A DNA stretch of 64,000 nt from Paraspadella gotoi. Taxonomy: Eukaryota; Animalia; Chaetognatha. Position numbers and translations under genes: made by a program. This document shows, in pieces, positions 1 through 20,262 of the stretch. The stretch covers positions 22,509,996 to 22,573,995 of the forward strand of contig CM119268.1 of the NCBI GenBank assembly GCA_051294375.1, in the 5' to 3' direction. The notes below the pieces were generated by a model. The model saw only the letters and a list, made by a program, of their open reading frames with translations, was not told the DNA's origin and did no database searches. Numbering within the stretch: the stretch's first letter is position 1; the number at the start of each line of letters is the position of its first letter.

Positions 1-45
1 ACTTTCATTTATTTAATATTTATTTATTTACTTTATTTTCCATAG

Positions 46-1640
46 GACGGCAAAATCAACAAGGAAGTGGCTGGCAAATTCTGCAATTCCATTGACTCCG
101 CTTCTCCTTTGTCCAAATGGAAGTCCATCTGCAGTTACGACGAGTTTCTGCCAAACGCCACTGATGAGACAGGTGAAGAGGAGGAGGAGGAGGAGGAGGA
201 GGAAGAGGATTACGTTTGTAAACTCGATTGTGATAGAGTCGTGATTGAAAACTTCCAGGCTCCTCATTACTAAATCGTCGCTTGATATTCTAATTTAATT
301 CACTTTCAAACTTTATTATTAGCTTTTCATCCCACCTCCCACCTCCCACTTACCCCACAAAAGGACCCAACGGATACCTCCACGCCCAACGCCTCTGTCC
401 AGGGGACGAACACTGGCGTCAGCCCGTCGCCCGCGCGGCTCAACTCGTCCACAACATGAAGAAACTTCCGACGAGCAAACAGGTCGCGCATGCGCTCGGT
501 CATCGGCGTTACTATGGAGGATACGGTCCAGGTGATTATCCGTCTTTCTGTCCTTCTGTCCGTCGTATGCGTCTTTCTCTCTCTGTCAATCCGTCTGTCT
601 GTCGCTTGTCTGTCTGTCGGCTTTTCAGTTGTTCTCTCTTTTTCTCTCTCTCCTCTCTGTTTCCTTTGTTGCCTTTCTGTCTCTGTCATGTCTTTCAGTC
701 AGACTTTCTGTCTCTCTCTATCTGTTTTTCTCTCTTTTTCCAGTCAATCAATCAATCCGTTCGAATCTTTCGTTCAAAATTCGATTAAAATCAAATTCAA
801 AACGATCGAAGATCCTTTCATAATCATCCATTTCATAATCACAGAGAAAGAAAGCAAAAGGCTTCGTTCACTGGTTGGAGGGAATTCACAACGGAGTCCA
901 CGTCAACCTCGGTTGCATCATGGGCGACGTTCGTTACGCCGCCAACGTGAGTCCGCTTCTTTTCCCAGATTTATTTCGCTATATATATCAGGTTTATTGT
1001 TTTGTCAAAGTTAAAGAATTTAATTGTATTTAATAATAATTTATAATAAAATTAATATCTTCATCGCCTTCGGTTTTGTTTTTGTTGATGTCGTGCTTTG
1101 TTTTTTTTGTTTTGTTTTGTTGTTGTTCAGGATCCGATGTTCTTCTTCCATCACGCAAACGTCGATAGACTTTTCGAGGTAAAGTTTTTCTTTGTCTTTT
1201 GTTTTTCTTTGTCGTGGTTGTTGTTGTCATTTTCGACTTTCGATCTTTCTCAGAAATGGATTCGTGAATACGGTATCTCGTCGGTGCCCTACTCTTGCGA
1301 GACTCACGGTAATTGGGGGAATACTAAAAGAAAAAATATAAATGAATAAATAAATGAAAATATCCATTCATGGTGCAATTACGACGACGTTACACGCTTC
1401 ATCCGACTGGGGTCTTCCTTAACTATTGTTTTGAGAATGCCGCATTTTTCGCTGATCCAGTCTCCCCTTCACCCTTTCCAGCCCACGTTTCCGACCCTCT
1501 GGGCTCGCCCCCGAGGCCTTCATGACGTGCCCGGTCGGCCAAGACCCGACGAATTCCTCGCTCCATTCTTCCCTCTCAAGAGGCTGCGCGAGATCTTCAA
1601 GTCGTCCGTCCGTCACGGCTACACTTACGAAGAGCTTTGA
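46..1640 (+). CDS. Tyrosinase / type-3 copper protein, 3' exons (5' part lies outside the window)
   Basis: Spliced exons at ~46-172, ~364-531, ~846-947, 1131-1178, 1254-1308, ~1481-1640 give the CuB motif WLEGIHNGVHVNLGCIMGD..AAN-DPMFFFHHANVDRLFE-KW and a C-terminal LAPFFP...HGYTYEEL*; GT-AG boundaries. Confidence 0.9.
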
Positions 1641-3049
1641 AGTCGATCGTGGACAGAAGGGGGTTTGGGACAAAGATATTGACTGGGGTTTAAGGACAAA
1701 GAAATATCAAGTTGGGTTTTTGATTAGAAGCTTTTAATGAGAGAAATTTGATGATTCTATGTCGTGGTCAACGGAGTAATGCTGAAGTTAAACATTTAAT
1801 AAGCAACTTTTATGATTTAATCGCTTTACTTACGATCAAATTATCAAACTAAGTTTTTTCACTCAGTCTAATATGATGGCGAACTATTGAGGAACTTTTG
1901 TAATTAGTTTTGCAGCATACATAAACATAAACATAAACATTTCACAAAAAAAGGCGAAAGAATCAACTGAAGAGAGAGAATATTCTGTTAAGAGGAAAGG
2001 TCATTCAGCATAACAATACGTAATCATTGATGTGTTAGAGCTAATATATCGAGAAATACATTATAGTCATCAGTAATCACAAAAAAATAAGTTCTTATTT
2101 ATATGTAAACATTCCGTTTTAAATAATTTTTTTTAAATGGGTAAATAACAAAATTGTTAAGTTAAATGGGTAAGCACAGTTTCTAAAGATTCGTTTTTCA
2201 ATCTGGTTGTTAAAAAATTATAGGTAAGAAGTTAAAACACGGTATGGAATAATTTAGAAGGGGAGAATTAAGCAATTAATCTCGTTACTCTGTTGGTTTT
2301 CCAGTCATGAACAAAATCTTCAGTTAAATAGATGGTAAAGAAATTCGAGCTACAATGAATCTACACTGAATTTGAAGAGTTGCAGCCTAAACGACTGCAA
2401 TAATATTGAATTAAAAATTTGATTAGCAATCTTAAAAACATTTGTAAAAATGTAATAGAGAGACATTTGATAAACGCGTTCCAGTTAGAAAGAATTCAGG
2501 GTTAAGTTAAAAACGTTTCATTTTCAAGGATACAAGTTGAAATTTAAAAATGTCTCTCTATTACATTTTTCTATTCAGTAATAAAAAATTCATAAAAAAT
2601 ATCAGGTGGATTTGGCCTTTTTCGTTTGACCTGCAACTCTTCAGATAGGTTTCTTTTATTTTATATTATAATTAAAACCGATATAAAATGGGGTAGAATG
2701 CATCAAATGCTTAAAGTGAATACATTTTCGGAATCGCCAGGAGCTCAGCTTTCTGAATTTGTACTCCATTTTAGCCTATTTTAAAGTTGAATTGAATGAC
2801 CCTTTTTCTTAAGATTGTATCGTCCGAAAGAACTCAGCTGGAACGAGCGGAGACTGATTTAAAATCTAAAAGTCATCGTTTCAATCAGAAATTCGGCAAG
2901 CGACTTCACTCGTTTTCCTGGCAACAATTTATTCGAAGTGGATTATTGAAATCTTCTGCCAGAAAGAAAGGATTGTAATTTGTCTAAACTAAATATGCTT
3001 CAAATAAACACATCGGAAAGTAAACTATTTTAGCGAACGGAGATGGCAG

Positions 3050-3123
3050 TGCGAAATAGCTCAGTTTGGAGAGCGTTAGACTGAAGATCTAAAGGTCCTT
3101 GGTTCTGATCCGAGTTTCGGGCA
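3050..3123 (+). tRNA. tRNA-Phe(GAA), with a few mismatches/indels (sequence error or pseudogene)
   Basis: gcgaaatagctcagtttggagagcgttagactGAAgatctaaaggtccttggttctgatccgagtttcgggca closely matches canonical metazoan tRNA-Phe; T-arm and acceptor stem imperfect. Confidence 0.85.
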
Positions 3124-3759
3124 GCGGAAAATGCGGCGTTTTTACTCTAAATATCTAGTTTTAACTAATAATTCTAACTCTAATCAACTGCGTAAACATT
3201 AATTATACTGCGGTCGTCGAGCTTTCAATTCTGTATCGTAACAAAGAAACCAAATTAAAATAGTTATATTTCTTGATCAAAGACGGAGAAATTGAGAAAA
3301 AAGTCTTCAATAAAATACTTCATCCCGTTTCTTTATTTCTTTTCATTTCTTCTCTCATTTATCTGATTTTTATATAAAAAAACGAAAATATTGAGCTCAA
3401 TTTAAATTTAAATTAACAAAAAAAATATTAAGTTGCTTTAGGTAAGGATAATAGATTTGATCAATTATTTCCCTTGAGTGTAATTTTCATTTTCTGTCTC
3501 ACCCGACGGCGTTGTATACCGGCTCTTTTGTCAGCTCTCCCTGTATTTAAAAAAAGAAATTCGATTAGATCTTTTCATAGAAATTAAGTTAAAATCTATG
3601 TCACGTGATCTTGCGAGAATGGCTTTTGTGACAAATGGCTTTAGTGACAAAAGTTACTAAAGACTTAGTGAGAATCTCACCTTTTATATTTTTGTACTGA
3701 GTGACAAAAAGACAATAAGAGATCAGTACCATTGACAACTAAAAACAAAATTTTTCCAA

Positions 3760-4455
3760 TAATGCAATCAACAACAAGCGATGCAATCTTTGATGCAATC
3801 AACACCACCTTGTTCCCCTTGATGCAAGCAACAACAAGCGATGACATCAATAATCACCAATACAATCAGCTTGATTCATCACTTTAACAACAACAACAAG
3901 CTATGTTATCAAGCATTACCTTGTTTTCCATGATGCAATCAACAATATGCAATAATCCCTAATGCAATCAACAACTGTTAGACACAAACTCTCGTTAGAC
4001 TTTGTCACTCTTGTTCCCCATAATGCAATCAACAACAAGCGATTCAATCAACCTTGTTTCCAAAAATACAATCAACAACCAACTGTGCAATCAACCTTGT
4101 TTTTCATAATAATTCAACAAGAAGCAATGCAATCAACCTTGTTTCCCATGATGCAATCAACAAGAATCGATGCAATAATCCTTGCTTCCCATGATGCAAT
4201 CAACAAGAAGTGATACAATTAATAATCCCCAATATAATCATCCTTGTTTCCCATGATGCAATCAACAAGAAGCAATGCAATCAACCTTGTTTCCCATAAA
4301 GCAATCAACAACAAGCGGTGCAATAATAATCCCCAATGCAATCAACCTTGTTTCCTATGATGCAATCAACAACAAACAAAGCAATCATCCTTGTTTCCCA
4401 TGATGCAATCAACAAGAATCGATGCAATCAACCTTGTTTCCCATGATGCAAGCAA
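3760..4455. repeat. Degenerate minisatellite (core atgcaatcaac(aa)caag / caaccttgtttcccatgatgcaatc)
   Basis: Many tandem variants of 'atgcaatcaac' and 'ccttgtttcccatg' visible directly. Confidence 0.9.
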
Positions 4456-5876
4456 CGAGGTAACCGATGAATCCGCAGACGACGCCGACGACGAGAACTA
4501 CGAAGAGGATGAGGAGGAAACGACAACAACAACGAAGAGTGAAGAATGTTTGGGAGGAATTCGACGTGGTCGACTTAAGACTGAAATCAAAGCGACGAGA
4601 ATTACAAACGAGAAAAAAGTTAATAAATTAAAATATCTTTTAACTCATGTTAAATGTTCATTTTTGTAAAGTTACGTCGTAACACTTTATTTTTTTTTTC
4701 TACGACGAAAATAATTCCTCTTCACTGTTGAATATTCAATAAGATCATAAATACAGAAATGAATAAAATACGACAATATGCAAATGAGATTAAAGGAGAT
4801 AATTTTATCTTTTAATGAATTAAAAGTCTAATTACTACTACTACTACTACAACTACTACTACTAATTACTTAATGATTCCATACGTCAATCAACCTTAAC
4901 TCCATCACCATCACTCACGAGTATTTGTTGAAATCCTTGTCCAGCTGCTTGTCCAGCAACAGCAGCGGCATCTGATTCTCTTCGTACTCAAAGTCGTCGA
5001 AGGCGCTGGACGAATTGTTCCAGTTTTGGTTGCTGTTGTTGTCTGGGGTGAAAAGGATAACTACAACAACTTCTGTAGACCGTGATGCCGAATAACAAGG
5101 GACGATTGTATCGTTCAATCAGCAGCGTCTATAAGTATAACTCATTCTTTCTTTCTTTCCTTCTCTTCCTGCGGCTGCTCCTGCTGCTTTCCTTGCTACT
5201 GCGGCTCCTTCTCCTCTTCCTCATTTTCCTCTTCCACTTTCCTTCTTTCTCATTGGAGCACCAAAAACGGGTAATTCAAACTCCGAAACCTTTTTCCGTA
5301 ACACTTCTTATTCTAAGCTTATTTTAAAGACAGACAGAAAATAAATCCCATCGGATTTCTTTAACGATGCAGATTGTATTGGAGTTGCATCGCAGAAAAC
5401 CATTCTCAAAAAGATTGTTGAAAAAAATCAATCAAGAAGATCATTCTATTCGCCAAAGCTAAAGTCACATTCGCTGCTTTTGCCAAATGAGACCCTTTCA
5501 CTCACAGTTGATTGAAAAAGCGACAGTCCGACTCACTGCTGATTCCCAAAGTCGAAGTAAGAAATCGAACTGTTTTCTTTATTTTTCCGACGAACTTTCC
5601 GCCTTCGCCGCCGCCGCCGCCGCCGCCGCCGCTTACCGACATTGATCGACTCGCGCTTCGTCTGATTCGCTCATTTCCGTCGCCCTTAAATCCTCCTCCT
5701 CTTCCCCCTCCTCCTCCAGCTGCTGCTGCGTCGTTGTCACCCTCCGCGGCTCCTGCTGCGAGCCCCTCCAGATGTCGCACGAGAGACTTGACGCTTTCTC
5801 GTCCTCCTTCCGGTCGAACGACGCGTCTCTCCTCGTCAGCGTCGATGTCGTCGTCGTCGTCAGCATCGTCGTCCAT
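4409..5876 (-). CDS. Uncharacterised spliced gene; acidic/Gly-rich N-terminus and C-terminal transmembrane segment
   Basis: Exon 5876-~5638 (MDDDADDDDD...) ending at a gtaag donor; exon ~5042-4918 (DNNSNQNW...DKDFNKY) flanked by cccag/gtgagt; last exon after tttcag reads LKSTTSNSSQTFFTLRCCCRFLLILFVVLVVGVVCGFIGYLVACIMGNKVDCIDSC*. A middle exon near 5080-5128 is uncertain. Confidence 0.5.
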
Positions 5877-5990
5877 TTACGCGATTCTCTTTGTGTGGAG
5901 TGTCTCGCTCACTCTATTTCGCTGGACGCCTTTCCTTTTCTACCTCGATGGGCAGCGTCGATCCATCCTTATCTTTTCTGTTCTGCTGGA

Positions 5991-5994
<4 letters not shown>

Positions 5995-6036
<42 letters not shown>
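5995..6036. repeat. (GA)n microsatellite
   Basis: Pure GA run. Confidence 0.95.
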
Positions 6037-6041
<5 letters not shown>

Positions 6042-6123
6042 CATCTCAGATTCTAAGCCGTAACTAAAATCAACCGGAATTTTAAACCTGTATGGTGGAT
6101 TAAAATCCACCAACCGTTCATCA

Positions 6124-6285
6124 GCGGCCATTGGTGCAGGAGGCAAGTCATTGGCCTCCCAACCCAAAGGCCCGGGGTTCTAGCACGGTGGTCGCCTAGC
6201 AGTTAAGAGGGACGGGGCGTTTAACCTACCTGTAACATGGTATTACAGCCTGATCCGTAGCTTAGGGACTGCTCATATTGAACGA
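6124..6285 (+). mobile_element. tRNA-Gly(CCC)-like head plus body: probable tRNA-derived SINE or tRNA pseudogene
   Basis: Acceptor stem gcggcca/tggtcgc (7 bp), anticodon loop ctCCCaa, degenerate T arm ccggggttctagcacgg, followed by a GC-rich body. Confidence 0.55.
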
Positions 6286-7319
6286 TTTTGTCACTAACCC
6301 ATAACAATAATTGCTGTCTCTTCACCTGTAAAAATTAATAACATGTTTTCTACGCAAAAAAGTTTTCCCCGAAATAGCAATCGCCATCACCGCTCAACCC
6401 GATGGGCAATGACATCTAAAAGTCACTTAGACCTGTCGTCGAAAGTAGTATTACCCATTACGCGGCCAAACTAACACCCCGAATTAGACCTGCCGTCGAG
6501 AGTTGAGATTTTTTTAAAGCCTCGAGGGTCGAGTTCGTCTGGCGGAAATTCTCTTTTTGTCGATCGAAAGACGAAAGACGAAAGCGAAGGATAACGACGA
6601 CTTTTAAACCTTTTTTCTTTTTTCTTCTTTTTTATTAATTTACTTTTAATTAGCCACTTGGAGGGGGGGGAGAGATCTAAAAATGGGGGGGGAGAGAGGG
6701 GGGTGTGTTTATTTTTCATTTTTTATCTCTTGTCCTAAAAGGCCTCGCTGTAGAATCATTTGAAAACTCCATTTTTGTTTGTATTAAATTAAAACATATC
6801 AAAAAGGAAAATATTGTAGAAGCATTTTTTTAAATATTTCTATTTCACATTAACAAACGGACATTTGACAAGGAGTAGGCGTAACACAGTTGACTTCAGC
6901 AACGATCGATTGACGATCAATCAATCAATCAATCCACATTTTTCAATTATCGTCGTGTCCGAGTGACAACGATCAAAAAGGGAGGAAGAGAAGGAGAATC
7001 GAGGGAAGGGAAATAGTATAGATTATAGATAATAGAGGTGAAGATTGGGAAAGGGTGCAGGGGTAGATATAAATCAAACATGATCACGATTAAACAGTAG
7101 ACGGGCAAATAATGGTCAGAGCAGAAGAAACGAACTTGATACTCGGTTAGATATGTGGTTTTTAAAAAAAAAAACGCTATTTCGCCCGTCACCGCTTGCC
7201 GCAGCCTGCCGCCGCATTCCGCAGCTTGCCGCAGCTCGTCTAAAACTACTTCGACCCGCCTTATCGTGCCGCATCCCGCCTCGACCCGCTTCCGCCCGCC
7301 TTCATCGGACTCCGCCCGC

Positions 7320-10013
<2,694 letters not shown>

Positions 10014-10127
10014 TTATAATAGTTTGGATATGTAACAACGTTTATAATTAAAAATAGCCATGATTAATTTATTACTTATTATTAAGTATGTGTTACTAAT
10101 TATTATTTACTTTATTTTTTTTATAGC

Positions 10128-11050
10128 TTTCCCTTCAGGCACAAGGCTCTGAAGCACCTCTCTTAAAGAGAGTTCCCTACGAAAGGGGAAGTTACATACT
10201 TTAAACAAATTGAATGTACTTATTTATAAGCTTCAATAAATCAAGAGCAATATTTTTCTTACGATTATTTGTTTAAAAAGTTTTTAGTTGGTCAATTTTT
10301 ATCAAGCAAGTGGAGTTTGGAGCCCTGTTTACTGAAGAATAATATATCTGAGCTTTAAAATTCTGTATCATAAATAATGAAGAATGAACTGAAGATATTT
10401 TATGAATAATTGTAACTAATATTTGACTTTTGATTATGAAATAATAGTCCCAAAGCTTACTCCCCTTCTGATTATTACCATTTTTTGTTTTCTATGCAAA
10501 TGATAAAGCCAGAAAAGCCTCGTCTTCAAGTTCTCAAACAAAAGTTTGGATTAAGTCTCATTCATTCGTGCTTACTTCAGTTGAGTTTATCAGAGGTTTT
10601 TTGTTGTCAAGAAATTAAGAAATCAAGAAATCCCGGGTATTGTAATTCTTTATTTTCTTATTTCAAAAAGCAAAATAAGAGCAGCCATATTGACAAAGGA
10701 AATATATATGATTCAAAAACTACAAATTTTTGTTAAATTATCTTTAAATGGAGCTTAGCAAGGAAACCTTTTTAAAGTGAACTGCCAAATAAAATTACAA
10801 TTTTCTTTCCAAAGTAAAAAATATTCATCCTTGAGATAAAACATAATTAAGGATTTGATATAAAAACATTTCATGACAAGGATATATAGATTTCCCTTCA
10901 GGCACAAGGCTCTGAAGCACCTCTCTTAAAGAGAGTTCCCTACGAAAGGGGAAATTACATACTTTAAACAAATTGAATGTATTTATTTATAGGCTTCAAT
11001 AAATCAAGCACAAAATTATTCTTATGATGAGTTTTTTTAAAAGTTTTTAG
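10128..11050 (+). repeat. Edge of the intronic 5S-derived tandem array (copy A; retains only the 3' end of the 5S-like sequence)
   Basis: Same spacer sequence as 15174-23860; contains caagaaatcccgggtattgtaattcttt. Confidence 0.85.
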
Positions 11051-11075
11051 NNNNNNNNNNNNNNNNNNNNNNNNN

Positions 11076-16090
<5,015 letters not shown>

Positions 16091-16561
16091 AAAAGTTTTA
16101 GTTGGTCAACTTATATCAAGCAAGTGGAGTTTGGAGCTCTGTTTTACTGAAGAATAATATATCTGAGCTTTAAAATTCTGTACATAACTAATGAAGAATG
16201 AACTGAAGATATTTTATGAATAATTGTAACTAATATTTGACTTTTATTATGAAATAATAGTCCCAAAGCTTACTCCCCTTCTGATTATTACCATTTTCTG
16301 TTTTCTATGCAAATGATAAAGCCAGAAAAGCCTCGTCTTCAAGTTCTCAAACAAAAGTTTGGATTAAGTCTCATTCATTCATGCCTCTTCAGTTGAGTTT
16401 ATCAGAGGTTTTATTTTTGTCCAGCAAAATTGGTATCTATATATTCAAAGATTAATAGAAAAAAAAAGTAAACAAGACAATAAGGGAATTAAGAATGTTT
16501 CATTGCTTTGGAAAAGAAACTCTATGCAGATAATGCCCGACTTGATATCCCACGATCTGTT

Positions 16562-16692
16562 ACCTACAACCATACCACATTTGCGTACACCGGTTCTTAT
16601 CTGATCACCAAAGTTAAGCAATTTGGGCCTGCTTTGTACTTGAATGGTGTGACCGGCTGACCGTCAAGAAATCGCCGGGTATTGTAATTCTT
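16562..16692 (+). pseudogene. 5S rRNA-derived copy
   Basis: acctacaaccataccaca...caccggttcttatctgatcaccaaagttaagca...gggcctgctttgtacttgaatgg..gaccg aligns to metazoan 5S rRNA; followed by T runs. Confidence 0.88.
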
Positions 16693-17556
16693 TATTTTTT
16701 TATTTCAAAAATCAAAATATAGAGCAACCATATTGACAAAGGAAAATATATATGATTCAAAAACTACAAATTTTTGTTAAATTATCTTTAAATGGAGCTT
16801 AGCAAGGAAACCTTTTTAAAGTGAACTGCCAAATATAAAATTACAATTTTCTTTCCAAAGTAAAAAATATTCATCTTTGAGACAAAACATAACGAAGAAT
16901 TTTATATAAAAACATTTTTTATGACAAGGATTTATAGATTTCCCTTCAGGCACAAGGCTCTGAAGCACCTCTCTTAAAGAGAGTTCCCTACGAAAGGGGA
17001 AGTTACATACTTTAAACAAATTGAATGTACTTATTTATAAGCTTCAATAAATCAAGCGCAAAATTTTTCTTACAATGATTTTTTTAAAAAAGTTTTTAGT
17101 TGGTCAACTTTATATCAAGCAAGTGGAGTTTGGAGCTTGTTTACTGAAGAATAATATATCTGAGCTTTAAAATTCTGTATTCATAACTAATGAAGAATGA
17201 ACTGAAGATATTTTTATGAATAATTGTAACTAATATTTGACTTTTATTTATGAAATAATAGTCCCAAAGCTTACTCCCCTTCTGATTATTTACCATTTTT
17301 CTGTTTTCTATGCCAAATGATAAAGCCAGAAAAGCCTCGTCTTCAAGTTTCTCAAACAAAAGTTTGGATTAAGTCTCATTCATTCATGCGCCTACTTCAG
17401 TTGAGTTTTATCGGAGGTTTTTTTTTTGTCCAGCAAAATAGGTATCTATATATATCAAAGATTAATAAGGGACAATAAGGGAATTAAGAAATGTTTCATT
17501 GCCCCTTTGGAAAAAAAACTATGCAGATAATGCCGACTTGATATTCCACGATCTGT

Positions 17557-17685
17557 GCCAACAACCATACCACATTGCGTACACCGGTTCTTATCTGATC
17601 ACCAAAGTTAAGCAATATTGGGCCTGCTTTGTACTTGAATGGGTGACCGGCTGACCGTCAAGAAATGCCGGGTATTGTAATTCTT
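17557..17685 (+). pseudogene. 5S rRNA-derived copy
   Basis: gccaacaaccataccacattgcgtacaccggttcttatctgatcaccaaagttaagcaatattgggcctgctttgtacttgaatgggtgaccg...; A-box and C-box recognisable. Confidence 0.9.
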
Positions 17686-18289
17686 TATTTTTTATTTCAA
17701 AAATCAAAATAAGAGCAACCATATTGACAAAGGAAATATATATGATTCAAAAACTACAAATTTTTGTTAAATTATCTTTAAATGGAGCTTAGCAAGGAAA
17801 CCTTTTTAAAGGGAACTGCCAAATAAAATTAAAATTTTCTTTCCAAAGTAAAAAACATTCAACTTTGAGACAAAACATAATTAAGGATTTGATATAAAAA
17901 CATTTCATGATAAGGATTTATAGATTTCCCTTCAGGCACAAGGCTCTGAAGCACCTCTCTTAAAGAGAGTTCCCTACGAAAGGGGAAGTTACATACTTTA
18001 AACAAATTGAATGTACTTATTTATAAGCTTCAATAAATCAAGTGCAAAATTATTCTTATGATGAGTTTTTTTAAAAGTTTTTAGTTGGTCAACTTATATC
18101 AAGCAAGTGGAGTTTGGAGCTCTGTTTACTGAAGAATAATATATCTGAGCTTTAAAATTCTGTATCATAACTAATGAAGGATGAACAGAAGATATTTTAT
18201 GAATAATTGTAACTAATATTTGACTTTTTTTTATATATTTCCTTTGTCAATATGGTTGCTCTTATTTTGCTTTTTGAAATAAGAAAAAA

Positions 18290-18418
18290 AAGAATTACAA
18301 TATCCGGGATTTTTAGACGGTCAGCCGGTCACCCATTCAAGTACAAAGCAGCCCAATAATTGCTTAACTTTGGTAATCAGATAAGAACCGGTGTATGCAA
18401 TGTGTTATGGTTGTAGGC
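18290..18418 (-). pseudogene. 5S rRNA-derived copy (inverted)
   Basis: Reverse complement begins gcctacaaccata. Confidence 0.85.
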
Positions 18419-19156
18419 ACAGATTGTGGAATATCAAGTCTTTGGGATCTGACTTTGCCGTTGTTGTTGAAATTGTTGTTATGAGACTAAATCCAACTTT
18501 TGTTTGAGAACTTGAAGATGAGGCTTTTCTGGCTTCTCTATTTGCATAGAAAACAGAAAATGGTGATAATCAGAAGCAGAGTAAGCTTTGGGACTATTAT
18601 TTTCATAATGAAAAGTCAAATATTAGTTACAATTATTCATAAAATATCTTCAGTTCATTCTTCATTAGTTATGATACATGAATTTTAAAGCTCAGATATA
18701 TTATTCTTCAGTAAACAGAGCTCCAAACTCCACTTGCTTGATATAAGTTGACCAACTAAAAACTTTTTTAAAAAATCATCGTAAGAATAATTTTGCGCTT
18801 GAAGTATTGAAGCTTATAAGTACATTCAATTTGTTTAAAGTATGTAACTTCCCCTTTCGTAGGGAACTCTCTTTAAGAGAGAGGTGCTTCAGAGCCTTGT
18901 GCCTGAAGGAAATCTATAAATCCTTGGTCATGAAATGTTTTTTATATCAAATCCTTCATTATGTTTTGTCTCAAAGTTGAATATTTTTTACTTTGGAAGA
19001 AAATTGTAATTTATTTGGCAGTTCCTTTTAAAAAGGTTTCCTTGCTAAGCTCCATTTAAAGATAATTTAACAAAAAATTTGTAGTTTTTGAATCAATATA
19101 TTTCCTTTGTCATATATGGTAGCTCTATTTTTGCTTATTGAAATTAAAAAAAATAA

Positions 19157-19283
19157 AGAATTACAATACCCGGGATTTTTGATGGTCAGCCAGTCACCCC
19201 ATTCAAGTACAAAGAGGCCCAATATTGCGTAACTTTGGTGATCAGATAAGAACCGGTGTACGCAATGTGGTATGGTTGTAGGT
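19157..19283 (-). pseudogene. 5S rRNA-derived copy (inverted)
   Basis: Reverse complement of the same unit. Confidence 0.85.
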
Positions 19284-20129
19284 ACAGATCGTGGGATATC
19301 AAGTCGGATTATCTGCATAGTTTTTTTTCCAAAGCAATGAAACATTCTTATTCCTTATTGTCCCTTATTAATCTTTGATATATATACGATAACCTATTTT
19401 GCTGGACAATAAAAAAACCTCCGATAAACTCAACTGAAGTAGGCATGAATGAATGAGACTTAATCCAAACTTTTGTTTGAGAACTTGAAGACGAGGCTTT
19501 TCTGGCTTATCATTTGCATAGAAAACAGAAAATGGTAATAATCAGAAGGGAGTAAGCTTTGGCACTATTATTTCATAATGAAAAGTCAAATATTAGTTAC
19601 AATTATTCATAAAATATCTTCAGTTCATTCTTCATTAGTTATGGTACAGAATTTTAAAGCTCAGATATATTATTCTTCAGTAAACAGAGCTCCAAACTCC
19701 ACTTGCTTGATATAAGTTGACAACTAAAAACTTTTTTAAAAAAATCATTGTGAGAAAAATTTTGCGCTTGATTTATTGAAGCTTATAATTAAGTACATTC
19801 AATTTGTTTAAAGTTATGTATCTTCCCCTTTCGTAGGGAACTCTCTTTAAGAGAGGTGCTTCAGAGCCTTGTGCCTGAAGGGAAATCTATAAATCCTTGT
19901 CATAAAATGTTTTTATATAAAATTCCTTCATTATGTTTGTCTCAAAGATGAATATTTTTTACTTTTGGAAAGAAAATTGTAATTTTATTTGGCAGTTCAC
20001 TTTAAAAAGGTTTCCTTGCTAAGCTCCATTTAAAGATAATTTAACAAAAAATTTGTAGTTTTTGAATCATATATATTTCCTTTGTCAATATGGTTGCTCT
20101 TTATTTTGATTTTTGAAATAAAAAAATAA

Positions 20130-20262
20130 AGAATTACAATACCCGGGATTTCTCTGATGGTCAGGCCGGTCACCCCTTCAAGTACAAAGCAGGCCCAATA
20201 TTGCTTAACTTTTGGTGATCAGATAAAAAACCCGTGTACGCAATGTGGTATGGTTGTTAGGC
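20130..20262 (-). pseudogene. 5S rRNA-derived copy (inverted)
   Basis: Reverse complement of the same unit. Confidence 0.85.

Noticed and set aside
490-1014. 174-aa hydrophobic ORF resembling a membrane protein
   Set aside because: Reads through the CT-rich tyrosinase intron in a non-coding frame
3760-4455. CRISPR-like repeat/spacer pattern
   Set aside because: Intervening segments are variants of the repeat itself, the context is eukaryotic and there are no cas genes
5512-6063. 183-aa Pro/Ser-rich plus-strand ORF
   Set aside because: Antisense shadow of the GC-rich minus-strand exon plus a GA microsatellite
16400-17560. SL RNA or U snRNA linked to the 5S unit, as in some invertebrates
   Set aside because: No recognisable spliced-leader or snRNA sequence in the spacer; aatttttg words are expected in AT-rich DNA
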